A stretch of DNA of 64,000 nucleotides, from assembly GCA_019358915.1 (NCBI GenBank), contig JAHHIM010000023.1, positions 1-64,000 on the forward strand, read 5' to 3'. The position numbers were made by a program, and so were the translations under genes. Within the stretch, counting starts at the first letter, position 1. The number at the start of each line of letters is the position of its first letter. This document shows, piece by piece, positions 41,127-51,783 of this stretch. Source of the stretch: Trichormus sp. ATA11-4-KO1 (GTDB lineage Bacteria > Cyanobacteriota > Cyanobacteriia > Cyanobacteriales > Nostocaceae). The notes under the pieces were generated by a model. It had not been told where the DNA came from, did not search any database, and saw only the letters and a list, made by a program, of their open reading frames with translations.

Positions 41127-42635
41127 ATGCCTTTTCCTAGATCCAGTGGCGTTTTGCTGCATCCTACATCTTTTCCCAGTCGATTTGGCATTGGGGATTT
41201 AGGCTTAGAAGCCTATAAATTTATTGATTTCCTCAGAGAAAGTTACCAGCAATATTGGCAAGTTCTACCTTTAGGGCCGACTGGGTACGGTAATTCTCCT
41301 TATGCTTCTTATTCAGCAATGGCGGGAAATCCCATGCTCATCAGTCCAGAACAGCTGCAAGAGCAGGGTTTACTAACTGAGGAAGACTTTGCTAACTTAC
41401 CAGTATTTGAGGACTCTCAGGTAGATTACGAGCAAGTTAAGCCAATTAAAATTGGGCTACTTAAAAAAGCCTGTCAAAACTTCCAAGTTAGAGCAACACC
41501 CCTACAACAAAAAGAATTTGCCGGCTTTTGTGACAGTAAAGCCTATTGGCTGGATGATTACGCCTTATTTATGGCGTTAAAGGATGCTCATGAGGATACC
41601 AGTTGGCATACATGGGAGGCGGAACTTGTCAAGCGTGAACCCGCCGCAATTGATCGGGTACGACGGCAATTAACTGGTGAAATTTTTTATTATAAATTCG
41701 TGCAATTTGAATTTTTTCGCCAGTGGTCGGAACTCAAATCCTATGCCAACATGAGCGGGATCTATATTATTGGCGACATTCCCATTTATGTAGCGCAGGA
41801 TAGTGCTGATGTGTGGGCGCACCCCGATATCTTTTGTTTAGATGAAGAGACTAGGGAACCGGCTCTAATGGCGGGAGTTCCACCAGATTACTTTAGTGCT
41901 ACTGGTCAATTATGGGGTAACCCAGTTTATGACTGGGAGGAATTAAAAAAAAGAGACTTTAAGTGGTGGATTGGTCGCTTTGAAGCGATGCTGGATTATA
42001 TAGATGTAATTCGTATTGACCACTTCCGAGGATTTGAGGCTTACTGGGCTGTGGAACAAGGCGAAGAAACAGCCATCAACGGAGAGTGGATGAAAGCCCC
42101 AGGCGAAGAGTTGTTTGATACGATTAAACAAAAATTGGGCAAGCTGCCAGTTTTAGCGGAAGATTTGGGGGTAATTACACCAGAAGTGGAAGCACTGCGC
42201 GACAAATATGAATTTCCCGGTATGAAAGTTTTGCAGTTTGCTTTTGGTTCTGATCCCGGTAATCCGTTTTTGCCTTTCAATTACACACGCAATGCCGTAG
42301 TTTATACCGGGACTCATGACAATGACACAACTGTAGGCTGGTTCAATTCAGCTAATGATTGGGAAAAGCGCAACTTACTACTGTATTTAGGTTGTATCAG
42401 TCCTGAAGGCATCCATTGGGATGTCATTCGCCTGGCTTTGAGTTCCATCGCTAATCAAGCAATTATTCCTTTACAGGATATTTTGGGTTTGGGAACCGAA
42501 GCTAGAATGAACTTTCCTAGTGTTGCTGAGGGTAACTGGGATTGGCGCTATCAGCCGTCGGTATTGACCGCAGAACTGGGCGATCGCCTGAAAAATCTCA
42601 CTAAACTCTACGGACGCGCACCGAGTGAGTGCTGA
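41127..42635 (+). CDS. malQ: 4-alpha-glucanotransferase (amylomaltase)
   Basis: SGVLLHPTSFP, WQVLPLGP, RIDHFRGF, AEDLG, YTGTHDNDT. Confidence 0.95.
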   Translation: MPFPRSSGVLLHPTSFPSRFGIGDLGLEAYKFIDFLRESYQQYWQVLPLGPTGYGNSPYASYSAMAGNPMLISPEQLQEQGLLTEEDFANLPVFEDSQVDYEQVKPIKIGLLKKACQNFQVRATPLQQKEFAGFCDSKAYWLDDYALFMALKDAHEDTSWHTWEAELVKREPAAIDRVRRQLTGEIFYYKFVQFEFFRQWSELKSYANMSGIYIIGDIPIYVAQDSADVWAHPDIFCLDEETREPALMAGVPPDYFSATGQLWGNPVYDWEELKKRDFKWWIGRFEAMLDYIDVIRIDHFRGFEAYWAVEQGEETAINGEWMKAPGEELFDTIKQKLGKLPVLAEDLGVITPEVEALRDKYEFPGMKVLQFAFGSDPGNPFLPFNYTRNAVVYTGTHDNDTTVGWFNSANDWEKRNLLLYLGCISPEGIHWDVIRLALSSIANQAIIPLQDILGLGTEARMNFPSVAEGNWDWRYQPSVLTAELGDRLKNLTKLYGRAPSEC

Positions 42636-42659
42636 GTGCTGAGTGCTGAGTGCTGAGTG
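42624..42659. repeat. Short tandem heptamer repeat (GAGTGCT)n overlapping the malQ stop
   Basis: GAGTGCTGAGTGCTGAGTGCTGAGTGCTGAGTG. Confidence 0.85.
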
Positions 42660-42699
42660 TCACGAAAAAATCTACTGACTACTCAGCACTTGCTATATT

Positions 42700-43506
42700 T
42701 CAAGACCGAGGTTTGTTACCAATCTTGATTTCTTCCACTGTTCCCGGTTTTCCCATTTGTTTAGCTTCTTGCTGATTAACACTCATCAACACACTACCAG
42801 CATTATCAGTCTTCACCGTTAGTTGTTCTTGGGCTTTCCAAGTGCGCTGAGTTCCCTCTGGGAGAATTCCTTCAAACTCGGTTTTGCCATCAGCTACTAC
42901 ACGAATCCAGGATGACGCTTTTAAGGTGACACCAATCTGTACTGACTGATTGTCGTTGATGCGGTTAAGGTGATTACTAACAGGTTGAAACTCGGTTGGC
43001 AGTTTGGGGGTTGATTGAGTTGGTTCTGATTGTAAAACAGTTGCTCTCCCCGGCTGTTGCTTGCTGTTGCTGAGAGCAGTATTATTCAGTAATTGCGACA
43101 GGCCACTCACAGAGCATAAAATCACAAATATGTAAAGTAAGTAAAGATGAAGAGGACGCAGTAGACCAATTGACTGATTTTTTTCAGTAGGCGGAAGGCT
43201 AACAGGCTGAGAACCAAGAGGAAAATTGCTGGCAAAGGTTACTCCATTAAAGCCGAGCGCTTCGGCAAATTGCCTGATTAAACCCTGAATATAAATTGGT
43301 TCTGGCAGATCATTTAAATTCCCTTCTTCGATCGCCTGTAACAACCGCCGGGGAATTTTGGTCAAAACTACCATTTCCTCTAGGGATAGAGCTTTTTCTT
43401 GACGGGAGGCCCAAAGTTGAGCGCCCATTTGGGCCAATTTTTCCGATTGTTGTTGTGCTAACGAAAGTGTGGGCTGCTCTTTATCTTTACTTTTTAGCCA
43501 TTTCAT
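42700..43506 (-). CDS. rodZ: RodZ-like protein (HTH, TM, DUF4115)
   Basis: LQAIEEG..LPEPIYIQGLIRQFA HTH, one TM, SWIRVVADG C-terminal domain. Confidence 0.75.
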   Translation of the reverse strand: MKWLKSKDKEQPTLSLAQQQSEKLAQMGAQLWASRQEKALSLEEMVVLTKIPRRLLQAIEEGNLNDLPEPIYIQGLIRQFAEALGFNGVTFASNFPLGSQPVSLPPTEKNQSIGLLRPLHLYLLYIFVILCSVSGLSQLLNNTALSNSKQQPGRATVLQSEPTQSTPKLPTEFQPVSNHLNRINDNQSVQIGVTLKASSWIRVVADGKTEFEGILPEGTQRTWKAQEQLTVKTDNAGSVLMSVNQQEAKQMGKPGTVEEIKIGNKPRS

Positions 43507-44297
43507 GCTTTTTTTGCGCTCCTGACCTCAGCTGAATCTTTAATAGGTAGATGCTTGATCTGCTCTTTTAAAAAGCGAATTTCCGCATCTTTGAGTGAAC
43601 GATAGTTACCCTCACATAAAAGGGGTAATTTTGGCATTTGTAATTGAATTCGACCTATAGCAGTACGATGTAGCTTGATGACTGGGTACCCCAACTGTTG
43701 GGCTACACGGCGAATCTGTCGATTTCTTCCCTCCTTCAAAACTATTTCTAAACGGCTGGTTTTAGCAAGACTTTCTAGTAAGCGTACTTTAGCCGGACGT
43801 GTTTTTCTTCCCTCCAGTACCACACCTTGACGCCACCTTTCTAGAACTGCTTCAGAGGGATGTCCTTTTACCAAAACCTGATAAGTCTTAGGAATACTGT
43901 GACGTGGATGGGTAAGTCCAAATGTTAGGTCTCCATCGTTTGTCAGGATTAATGCTCCCGTTGACTCTACATCTAGACGGCCTACTGGGTGTAGACCTGA
44001 ACCCTCGCGTAATTCTTGAGGTAGTAAATCCAAAACCGTTTTTCTTCCCTGAGGGTCATAGCAAGTGGAAACTACTCCAAGTGGTTTGTGTAGCAAAAGA
44101 TATATTAAATGCGGCCGCTGATGAGCAGACACTGGCTTGCCATCTACTGAAATCCTATCTCTTTGAGGGTCAACTTTTTGACCTAAGTGCGCCAATACCC
44201 CATTAATTTGCACACGCGATCGCCGAATCATTTCTTCAGCTTCCCGACGTGAGGCAATACCCCACTGGGCAAGAATTTTTTGTAACCGTACCTCCAT
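43503..44297 (-). CDS. rRNA pseudouridine synthase (RsuA/RluB family)
   Basis: S4 domain RLQKILA..SRREAE, PVGRLD, EGRNRQIRR. Confidence 0.9.
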   Translation of the reverse strand: MEVRLQKILAQWGIASRREAEEMIRRSRVQINGVLAHLGQKVDPQRDRISVDGKPVSAHQRPHLIYLLLHKPLGVVSTCYDPQGRKTVLDLLPQELREGSGLHPVGRLDVESTGALILTNDGDLTFGLTHPRHSIPKTYQVLVKGHPSEAVLERWRQGVVLEGRKTRPAKVRLLESLAKTSRLEIVLKEGRNRQIRRVAQQLGYPVIKLHRTAIGRIQLQMPKLPLLCEGNYRSLKDAEIRFLKEQIKHLPIKDSAEVRSAKKA

Positions 44298-44440
44298 GTT
44301 GAAATTACTGAGTATGATGTGAAAGTTTAGATAATAATCATAATATTTGCATTTTGTGCCCAGTAGCCATAAATGTTACATTTAAGGCTTATTTAAATTC
44401 AGTCAGTTGCTGAGTAAATACCCATCAACAGAGTGGTTAA

Positions 44441-45154
44441 ATGCCGGACAAAAATTCCCCAACCAAAAGCTCACATAAGCTCCGCATAATTACAAATGTA
44501 CTCACAACAGCACTCAAACTCTGGTTGAAATCACAAGTCAGCCAAGTATCCCAGCTAGAGGTAGAGATAAGAGCGAGCGATCGCCAAATTCTCTCTGGTT
44601 GTATTCCCTGGGTATCTATTTTTGCGAGTGACGCCGTGTATCAAGGTATTCATATTACACGAATTCAACTTTTAGCAGAAAATATTCAGGTCAATGTAGG
44701 CTCAATAATCAAGGGTCAACCACTAAGACTATTAGAAACAGTACCAGTTAGTGGTAGTTTGGTGGTCGAGGAAAAGGATCTTAATAGCTCCCTCTCATCT
44801 GAACTATTATCAACTGCTTTAAATGATGTACTGGTTAAACTTATACCAGAATACTACCCTAAATCTCAGCCAATTTCTTGGCAAAAAATTATCCTTGGTA
44901 ATCATCAAATTATACTTTATGCTAGCCTAGCCCAGGCAAGTAAAACTACGCCTCTGGAGATTTATTTAAGTTTAGAGTTAATTGGCACTCGTGAGTTGAA
45001 GTTAACACAGATTCAAGTTATCCAAAACCAAGTAGCGCTTTTAGAAAATGAGCATGGTTATAATTTGGATCTCGGTTCAGATGTCGACCTGCAAGCACTC
45101 AGCTTGATCCCCGGTCAACTGGTGTGTCAAGGACGGATTAATGTTAATCCTTGA
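44441..45154 (+). CDS. DUF2993 (LmeA-like) protein
   Basis: ALKLWLKSQV..L, AVYQG, GQPLRLL pattern. Confidence 0.7.
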   Translation: MPDKNSPTKSSHKLRIITNVLTTALKLWLKSQVSQVSQLEVEIRASDRQILSGCIPWVSIFASDAVYQGIHITRIQLLAENIQVNVGSIIKGQPLRLLETVPVSGSLVVEEKDLNSSLSSELLSTALNDVLVKLIPEYYPKSQPISWQKIILGNHQIILYASLAQASKTTPLEIYLSLELIGTRELKLTQIQVIQNQVALLENEHGYNLDLGSDVDLQALSLIPGQLVCQGRINVNP

Positions 45155-45182
45155 AAAAGTGCTTTTGTGAGTGCCTTTGTAA

Positions 45183-45237
45183 GTGCTGAGTGCTGAGTGC
45201 GCTGGCCCTGAGCGAAGTCGAAGGGGAGTGCTGAGTG
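45183..45237 (-). repeat. Intergenic copy of the heptamer-plus-dispersed-repeat unit found inside the M16 peptidase
   Basis: 45186-45237 is the exact reverse complement of 25324-25375. Confidence 0.85.
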
Positions 45238-45310
45238 GGGAGATGAGGAAGTATTTTTGTTCTTGTCCCCATTCCCTATTACCTATTTCCCATTCCCCAT
45301 TCCCCATTTT

Positions 45311-46201
45311 TCACATATCTGCTATCAGTGGCAATAGAAGTGTGACAAAATAATAAACCAAGGGAGCTGTAAAGATATAACTATCGGTGCGGTCTAAGAT
45401 ACCACCGTGACCGGGGATCAACTGGCCTGAGTCCTTCACACCTGCGTCACGCTTGAGCATAGACTCGGTGAGATCACCTAAAAGACTGGCAATCCCAATC
45501 AGCGAACCTAATGCTACACCAGTGAAAAGAAATTTCGGCAAGTGAAGATAATAAGCTCCTAATACAGCTACGGCAATACTAGCAGTGATCCCAAAGACTG
45601 CGCCTTCCACAGTTTTTTTGGGGCTGATCTCAGACAAACGGGTTTTCCCAAAGAATTTGCCAATAATGTAAGCACCGATATCAGCAGCCCAAATACATAA
45701 GAAAGTCAGCACTGTCAAGGTTAATCCTTGTGGTAAAAAGGCAAAACTTTTCTCTTGCAAAATATCTGTCCAGGTTGTAGGCCAGTAACCACCGAAAGGA
45801 AGATTGCTGACAGCTAAACTACCGAGATTGCGTAACCGCACCCAGTAACTTGACAAGTAACCCACATAAAATAACCCCATAATAGAAGCGGAAATATCCG
45901 CAATGGTTGCCATTTTCGGCTGAAACAGCAAATAAAAACAAATAAATGTCCCCGCTATTGGCATCACCGCATCAGCTAAACTGCCATCAACCGTACAAAT
46001 TACCAGTAAAGTTTGACTGACAAACATAGTAGTTTTCGCCGCCGGGACTATACCTCTAGCTCGTACCAAATTAAAATATTCTTGTTGACCTAAAAACACA
46101 ACTACCGCAATGGCGATGGTAAAGTACCAGCCTCCTAAAAGAGTGGCAACCAAAGTCAGAGCGATCGCTACAATTCCACTAATAATCCGAGACCAAGGCA
46201 T
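45311..46201 (-). CDS. cdsA: Phosphatidate cytidylyltransferase
   Basis: WAADIGAY, SPKKTVEG, GDLTESMLKRDAGVKDSG..IPGHGGILDRTDS; start ATG 46201. Confidence 0.95.
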   Translation of the reverse strand: MPWSRIISGIVAIALTLVATLLGGWYFTIAIAVVVFLGQQEYFNLVRARGIVPAAKTTMFVSQTLLVICTVDGSLADAVMPIAGTFICFYLLFQPKMATIADISASIMGLFYVGYLSSYWVRLRNLGSLAVSNLPFGGYWPTTWTDILQEKSFAFLPQGLTLTVLTFLCIWAADIGAYIIGKFFGKTRLSEISPKKTVEGAVFGITASIAVAVLGAYYLHLPKFLFTGVALGSLIGIASLLGDLTESMLKRDAGVKDSGQLIPGHGGILDRTDSYIFTAPLVYYFVTLLLPLIADM

Positions 46202-46244
46202 AGATATATTTTGAATTAGGTGTTGGGGAACTCGAGGCCCTCTC

Positions 46245-46535
46245 TGGGTACAAGGGGACAAGGGGACAAGGGGATAGGGGGACAAGGGGAGGGAGCAATG
46301 CTCTAACAGTGAGATGGGTAAGCTCTTGAGGCTCTTGAGGCTCTTGAGGCAGGGGGAGAGAAAGAAATAAGTGTATAAGCAATCCGTTTAGGTAGTAAAA
46401 AGTACTAAAAATGTCTCTTTACTCCCCCTGCATCCCCTGCACCCCCTGCCCCCCTGCCTATTTCACGAGGATCTCACTTTTTCGCGTTGCTCCCCATCTC
46501 CCCATCTCCCCATCTCCCCATCTCCCCACTCCCCT
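46245..46535. repeat. Cluster of short tandem repeats between cdsA and cbiT
   Basis: (CAAGGGGA)n, (GCTCTTGAG)x3, CCCCTGC units, (CCCCATCT)x4. Confidence 0.8.
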
Positions 46536-46537
46536 AT

Positions 46538-47140
46538 TTAGTCTAGTTTCTCACCACTCAGGATAAAAATGGGATCGACGGCGGCAAAGGTTTGAGAAAA
46601 GCCGCGCGTCTCTAGGCGATTGACCGCAGACTGCACGACTTCAATATTTCTAGCTTGTAACACAGAGAAGCTCTGGGAAATAGCATACAGGCTTTCTAGA
46701 TTATTGGCAGTGGCAACAACTCTGCCTAATGGTGGCAAATACTGCCATATTGCTTGCAAAATGTCCTGAATGGGTCGTCCACCCTCAATGCAAACGCGGT
46801 GAGGTGCTACCTTGATCTCATGCAAACACTCTGGGGCGCTACCTGCAATTACTTCCACATTTTTGACATCAAAGCGATCGCAGTTACGCTGAATTAAGTT
46901 GGCTACTTCTTCATCCCGTTCCACAGCGATAATCTTTCCTTGAGGACACAGTAGTCCTACCTCTACAGGAATTGTCCCCGTCCCCGCCCCAATATCCCAC
47001 AACACTGAATCAGGTTTCAGCCGCAGTTGGGACATCAACAACAGCCGCACTTCTCGCTGGCTGAAGGGAATTCCTGGTAAATGCTCAAAAAATTCATCGG
47101 GAATTCCAGGGGTAATGTAAGGCCAAAGTTGGGAGGGCAT
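46538..47140 (-). CDS. cbiT: Precorrin-6Y C15-methyltransferase (decarboxylating) CbiT
   Basis: PGIPDEFF, REVRLLL, LWDIGAGTG, GSAPE. Confidence 0.9.
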   Translation of the reverse strand: MPSQLWPYITPGIPDEFFEHLPGIPFSQREVRLLLMSQLRLKPDSVLWDIGAGTGTIPVEVGLLCPQGKIIAVERDEEVANLIQRNCDRFDVKNVEVIAGSAPECLHEIKVAPHRVCIEGGRPIQDILQAIWQYLPPLGRVVATANNLESLYAISQSFSVLQARNIEVVQSAVNRLETRGFSQTFAAVDPIFILSGEKLD

Positions 47141-47238
47141 AGAAAGACACAATTATACTAAAGGTATCAACTTGCCCGATTGGACAAGCCATAAGCTATA
47201 AAAGCTTTTAAACATACATAGCGTTATCAGCAATCATA

Positions 47239-48642
47239 ATGGTCAGCGAAATTTTAGGCGACCGCTACGAAGTTCAGCAGTTGTTGGGAAAAAAGTCAGG
47301 ACGGCGGACGCTATTAGCTAGGGATCAAATAACTGGGGAATTAGTTGTGATCAAGTTACTTACTTTTGGTAGTGACTTTGAATGGGATGATCTCAAGCTA
47401 TTTGAGCGTGAAGCCGAAACCTTAAAATCTTTATCTCATCCCGCTATCCCTCGCTATTTAGACTATTTTGAAGTAAATTCACCCCTTGTCAAAGGATTCG
47501 CCTTAGTACAGAGTTATATCCCAGCACAAACTTTAGAAAAATACTTGCAAGCTGGGCGAACTTTTACAGAAGCTGAAGTTAAACAGTTAGCCACGGCGCT
47601 TTTAGAAATACTGATTTACCTACATGGGTTGCATCCGCCTGTGATCCACCGTGATATTAAGCCTAGCAATATTTTATTGGGCGAGCGTTCTGGGAATAGT
47701 GTTGGACAAGTTTACCTAGTAGATTTTGGTTCGGTACAAACTGTCCTCGCAGCTGAAAGCAGTACTAGGACTGTGGTGGGAACCTATGGTTATATGCCAC
47801 CAGAGCAATTTGGTGGGCGGACTGTCCCGGCTTCTGACCTTTATAGTTTAGGCGCAACTTTAATTTACTTGGTGACGGGTACTCATCCTGCCGATTTACC
47901 CCAACAGGATTTTCGCATTCAGTTTGAGTCAGCAACTGATCTTAGTCCTGGTTTGACTCGCTGGTTGCAGTGGCTCACTGAACCAAGTGTGGAACGGCGG
48001 CCAAGTTCTGCTGTGGAAGCTTTGAAAGCTTTAGATCAGCCACAGTTGACTAGAGCTAATACTTTGACTATTGGTAAATATACTGGTAAACCTGCTGGGA
48101 GTAAAATTCAACTCACCAAAAATGACGACCTTCTAGAAATTCTGATTCCGCCAGTTGGGTTTAAGCCTTCGATGATGTTTACAGGTGTGTTTGCGATCGC
48201 CTGGAATTCTTTTATCTTATTTTGGACAATTGGTGCTCTTTCTGCCCCGTTTCCCCTCAATCTCCCCTTTGCTTTGTTCTCACTGCCTTTTTGGGGTGTG
48301 GGCTTTTTTATGATATCTACGTTGTTAATGGGTTTATTTGGCAACATCAGGCTGCGTGTGGATCAGCAGCGAATTGCCTTTACCTATGAGTTATGGAGAT
48401 GGAAATTTCATCGTCCCCGGCCAGCTCCCAGAGAAAGTATCACTAAACTCATTTATATTCCCAAACACTTTACTAGAGACTCTGATGGTGATAAAACCTC
48501 AGTGCCTACACAATTGGATATTTGGGCAGGAGTACATAAGTACCAACTTAGTGCTAACTCTAGTGCTATCCCATCTGAAACGGAACTGGAATGGCTAGCC
48601 CATGAATTAAGTGATTGGTTAGGTATAGAAATAACGCAATAA
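47239..48642 (+). CDS. Ser/Thr protein kinase with C-terminal TM segments
   Basis: VVIK, FEREA, HRDIKPSN, DFG, GTYGYMPPEQ, SDLYSLG; two TM helices. Confidence 0.9.
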   Translation: MVSEILGDRYEVQQLLGKKSGRRTLLARDQITGELVVIKLLTFGSDFEWDDLKLFEREAETLKSLSHPAIPRYLDYFEVNSPLVKGFALVQSYIPAQTLEKYLQAGRTFTEAEVKQLATALLEILIYLHGLHPPVIHRDIKPSNILLGERSGNSVGQVYLVDFGSVQTVLAAESSTRTVVGTYGYMPPEQFGGRTVPASDLYSLGATLIYLVTGTHPADLPQQDFRIQFESATDLSPGLTRWLQWLTEPSVERRPSSAVEALKALDQPQLTRANTLTIGKYTGKPAGSKIQLTKNDDLLEILIPPVGFKPSMMFTGVFAIAWNSFILFWTIGALSAPFPLNLPFALFSLPFWGVGFFMISTLLMGLFGNIRLRVDQQRIAFTYELWRWKFHRPRPAPRESITKLIYIPKHFTRDSDGDKTSVPTQLDIWAGVHKYQLSANSSAIPSETELEWLAHELSDWLGIEITQ

Positions 48643-48694
48643 GTAGTCTTTTAATGTCTATAGTTAATTAAGAACCCTTTACAGGAAAGACATC

Positions 48695-48868
48695 ATGTTT
48701 GGACTGGGATGGCCGGAAGTTGCCATAATTGCCATAGTCGCTATTGTAATTTTTGGACCGAAAAAAATTCCTGAGTTGGGAAATGCACTGGGTAAAACCC
48801 TACGGGGTTTTAAGGAGGAATTGAACGCTACTGATGATGACACCAATTCTGAACAAGAACAGCAATAG
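48695..48868 (+). CDS. tatA: Twin-arginine translocase TatA/E (57 aa; missing from the ORF track)
   Basis: Hand translation MFGLGWPEVAIIAIVAIVIFGPKKIPELGNALGKTLRGFKEE...; SD-like AGGAAAG upstream. Confidence 0.9.
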   Translation: MFGLGWPEVAIIAIVAIVIFGPKKIPELGNALGKTLRGFKEELNATDDDTNSEQEQQ

Positions 48869-48908
48869 TTCGCAGTAGAGACGAATTCATCGCGTCTCTA
48901 CTAGGTTG

Positions 48909-51611
48909 CTAAAGTAAAGTATTAATAACAGAAGATGTCACCCCATTTTGGGTATCTGCGATTGTCGTGGAGGTATTTTGTTGCTGTACCTCCTCTTTCA
49001 CTAAACCGCGTACTTTGATTAACTTGATAGCGCGGTTGACGCTTTCTGGCAAAATTACCACCAGACTATTATCAGGAGCCATGTCTAAAGCTTTATTGAT
49101 AGCTTCGGTTTCATCCAAAATTGACTCATAGCGACAATCTGGATTTACTTGGGTAATACCTTTTGTAATTAAATCAGCAGCTGATCCCCGTGGGCGACCC
49201 CTGGTGTCATCGTCTTCTTTAACAATGATGTAATCAAAAATCTCGGCTGATAGTTTACCCAAGCTGACAAAGTCTTCGTCGCGGCGATCGCCAGGCCCAC
49301 CAATTACGCCAATGCGCTCTCCTGTAGTCCAGTTACGCACAAATGAACCTAACGCTTCATAACTAGCTGGATTGTGAGCATAATCTACTAAAGCTTGGTA
49401 GTTCCCTAAATTAAATAAATTCATCCGCCCTGGTGTTTGACTCACGGAAGCACGAAACGTCTTTAAACCAGCACGAATTTGCTCAATTGTCACGTTTTGC
49501 ACGAAGGCTGCCAAACTAGCTGCTAAAGCATTAGCAATCATAAACGGTGCCCGTCCACCCATTGTCAAGGGAATATTTTCGGCTCTTTCAATGCGATGCG
49601 TCCAATCACCTTTGACAATTGACAGATAGCCATTTTCGTAAACTGCTGCGACTCCTCCTTTTTGGATGTGCTTCCGCACTAATTCCGAGTCGGGATTCAT
49701 TGTAAAGTAAGCAATGTTAGCTTTCGTTCTCTCTGACATGGCAGCAACGCGGTGATCGTCAGCGTTAAGTACTGCGTAGCCATCAGGAAATACAGCTTCA
49801 GCCACTACACTCTTGAGGTTAGCCAACTGATCGATGGTATCGATATCACCTATGCCTAGATGATCGGCGGCCACATTCAATACTACACCCACGTTAGCCA
49901 TTTCAAACCCTAGCCCAGAGCGGAGAATACCTCCACGAGCAGTTTCCAGTACCGCTACTTCTACAGTCGGATCTTCCAGAATCAAATGGGCACTTTGTGG
50001 GCCTGTATTATCTCCAGATTCCACTAAGTATTCACCGATGTAAGTTCCATCTGTAGTTGTATAACCTACTACTTTACCCGTTTGTTTGTAAATATGTGCT
50101 AACAGTCTAGTAGTCGTAGTTTTACCATTAGTACCCGTGACACTCAAGATGGGAATGCGGCTAGATTGTTCGTTGGGGAATAACATATCCATCACTGCGC
50201 CGGCGACGTTGCGGGGTATGCCTTGGCTGGGGGCGACGTGCATCCGGAAACCTGGTGCAGCGTTAACTTCCACGATCACACCATCTACTTCTCTCAGAGG
50301 ACGACTAATATCCGTAGTCACAATATCTAGTCCAGCGACATCCAAACCAATAGTTTTTACTACTCTTTGTGCCAGCCAAACATTTTCTGGGTGGATTTCG
50401 TCGGTGCGATCTACGGCACTACCGCCTGTACTTAAGTTAGCGGTTGCCCGTAGGTAGCAAATTGTGCCTTTGGGTGGTATGCTATTTAACGTGTAACCTT
50501 GCCTTTCAAGAAGTTGATAGCTATTGCGATCTAGTTCAATTTTGGTGAGGATATTATCATGCCCTTCACCGCGATTTGGGTCTTTGTTGGTTTCCTCAAT
50601 TAAATCGGCAATAGTAGATCTACCATCACCAACCACATGAGCTGGCACACGTTCAGCTACTGCTACTACTTTGCCGTCTACAACTAGTACCCTATGGTCT
50701 CGTCCGACGTAATAGCGCTCGACAATGATTGAGCGGGAAACTTGTCTAGCTGCTTCGTAGGCGGTCTCAGCTTCATCCCAGTTTCTGATGTCGATGGTAA
50801 TACCACGTCCATGATTGCCATCTAATGGTTTAATGACAATGGGATAGCCACCAACATATTCAATGGCTTCTTCTAAATCGTCCAAGAAGTTAATCACCGT
50901 ACCTCGGGGTACTGGTGCTCCAGCTGCCGCGAGAATGCGCTTAGTAGCTTCCTTATCGCAAGCTAGTTCCACCCCTAGAATGCCGGTGTGATTGGTCATG
51001 GTTGCCTGCATCCGCTTCTGGTTGACGCCATAGCCCAGCTGAATCAAAAACCGCGCACTCAACTGCATCCAGGGAATGCCTCTTTTTTCAGCTTCTTTGA
51101 CAATTGCTTCTGTCGAAGGGCCTAAAGAAGATTCACGCCATAAGTCTTTCAGGTCTTGGATGTCTTGCTCGAGTTCTGCCTTGGGATAACGACCTCTATC
51201 AACGATGCTTTGGCACAGCCGCACAGCTGCTCGTCCAGCGTAGCGTCCCGCTTCCTCATTCAGGTACTCGATTACTACCTGGAAAATTCCGGGTGTGGCA
51301 GTTTCACGGGTGCGCCCAAAGCCTACATGCATTCCAGCTAATTCCTGGAGTTCTAAGGCTACGTGTTCTACGATATGGCCCATCATAGTGCCTTCTCGCA
51401 CTCGCATCAGAAAGCCACCACGACAGCCAGGCGAGCAATAGTGACCCTCCAGACTTGGCAGCGCCTCTACTAACCCTTCATAAAAGCCAGGGATTTCATT
51501 CGAGGTCGTCTCGGCAAGGTTTTCTAAATCGAGGCGCATGACGATCAGCTTGTGGCGTCGAATGCTCCAGTAGTTTGGGCCGCGTAAGGTCTGGATCTTG
51601 AGGATTCTCAT
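48909..51611 (-). CDS. cphA: Cyanophycin synthetase
   Basis: MRILKIQTLRGPNYWS, HYCSPGCRGGF, ATP-grasp domain, Mur-ligase domain (TGTNGKTTT). Confidence 0.97.
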   Translation of the reverse strand: MRILKIQTLRGPNYWSIRRHKLIVMRLDLENLAETTSNEIPGFYEGLVEALPSLEGHYCSPGCRGGFLMRVREGTMMGHIVEHVALELQELAGMHVGFGRTRETATPGIFQVVIEYLNEEAGRYAGRAAVRLCQSIVDRGRYPKAELEQDIQDLKDLWRESSLGPSTEAIVKEAEKRGIPWMQLSARFLIQLGYGVNQKRMQATMTNHTGILGVELACDKEATKRILAAAGAPVPRGTVINFLDDLEEAIEYVGGYPIVIKPLDGNHGRGITIDIRNWDEAETAYEAARQVSRSIIVERYYVGRDHRVLVVDGKVVAVAERVPAHVVGDGRSTIADLIEETNKDPNRGEGHDNILTKIELDRNSYQLLERQGYTLNSIPPKGTICYLRATANLSTGGSAVDRTDEIHPENVWLAQRVVKTIGLDVAGLDIVTTDISRPLREVDGVIVEVNAAPGFRMHVAPSQGIPRNVAGAVMDMLFPNEQSSRIPILSVTGTNGKTTTTRLLAHIYKQTGKVVGYTTTDGTYIGEYLVESGDNTGPQSAHLILEDPTVEVAVLETARGGILRSGLGFEMANVGVVLNVAADHLGIGDIDTIDQLANLKSVVAEAVFPDGYAVLNADDHRVAAMSERTKANIAYFTMNPDSELVRKHIQKGGVAAVYENGYLSIVKGDWTHRIERAENIPLTMGGRAPFMIANALAASLAAFVQNVTIEQIRAGLKTFRASVSQTPGRMNLFNLGNYQALVDYAHNPASYEALGSFVRNWTTGERIGVIGGPGDRRDEDFVSLGKLSAEIFDYIIVKEDDDTRGRPRGSAADLITKGITQVNPDCRYESILDETEAINKALDMAPDNSLVVILPESVNRAIKLIKVRGLVKEEVQQQNTSTTIADTQNGVTSSVINTLL

Positions 51612-51760
51612 GGGAATAGGTAGATGGAGATTCGGAACCAAAATTCTAGTTTCTTACTGAAATTGACCGCTAAACTGTTTATTATGAACAGTTTTTTCTT
51701 TTTCTATGGTATTCTTCTGATTTTTCTACAGCAAGAAATAAAGTCAGCGATCAACACAGT

Positions 51761-51774
51761 GTAACCTCGGATAC
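51761..51774. promoter_or_regulatory. Putative NtcA-binding site upstream of cphA
   Basis: GTA-N8-TAC (GTAACCTCGGATAC) in the cphB-cphA intergenic region. Confidence 0.6.
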
Positions 51775-51783
51775 TCTATTCCG

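Noticed and set aside
42624..42659. Heptamer arrays as CRISPR or regulatory iterons
   Set aside because: Ordinary short tandem repeats of heterocystous cyanobacteria with no spacers
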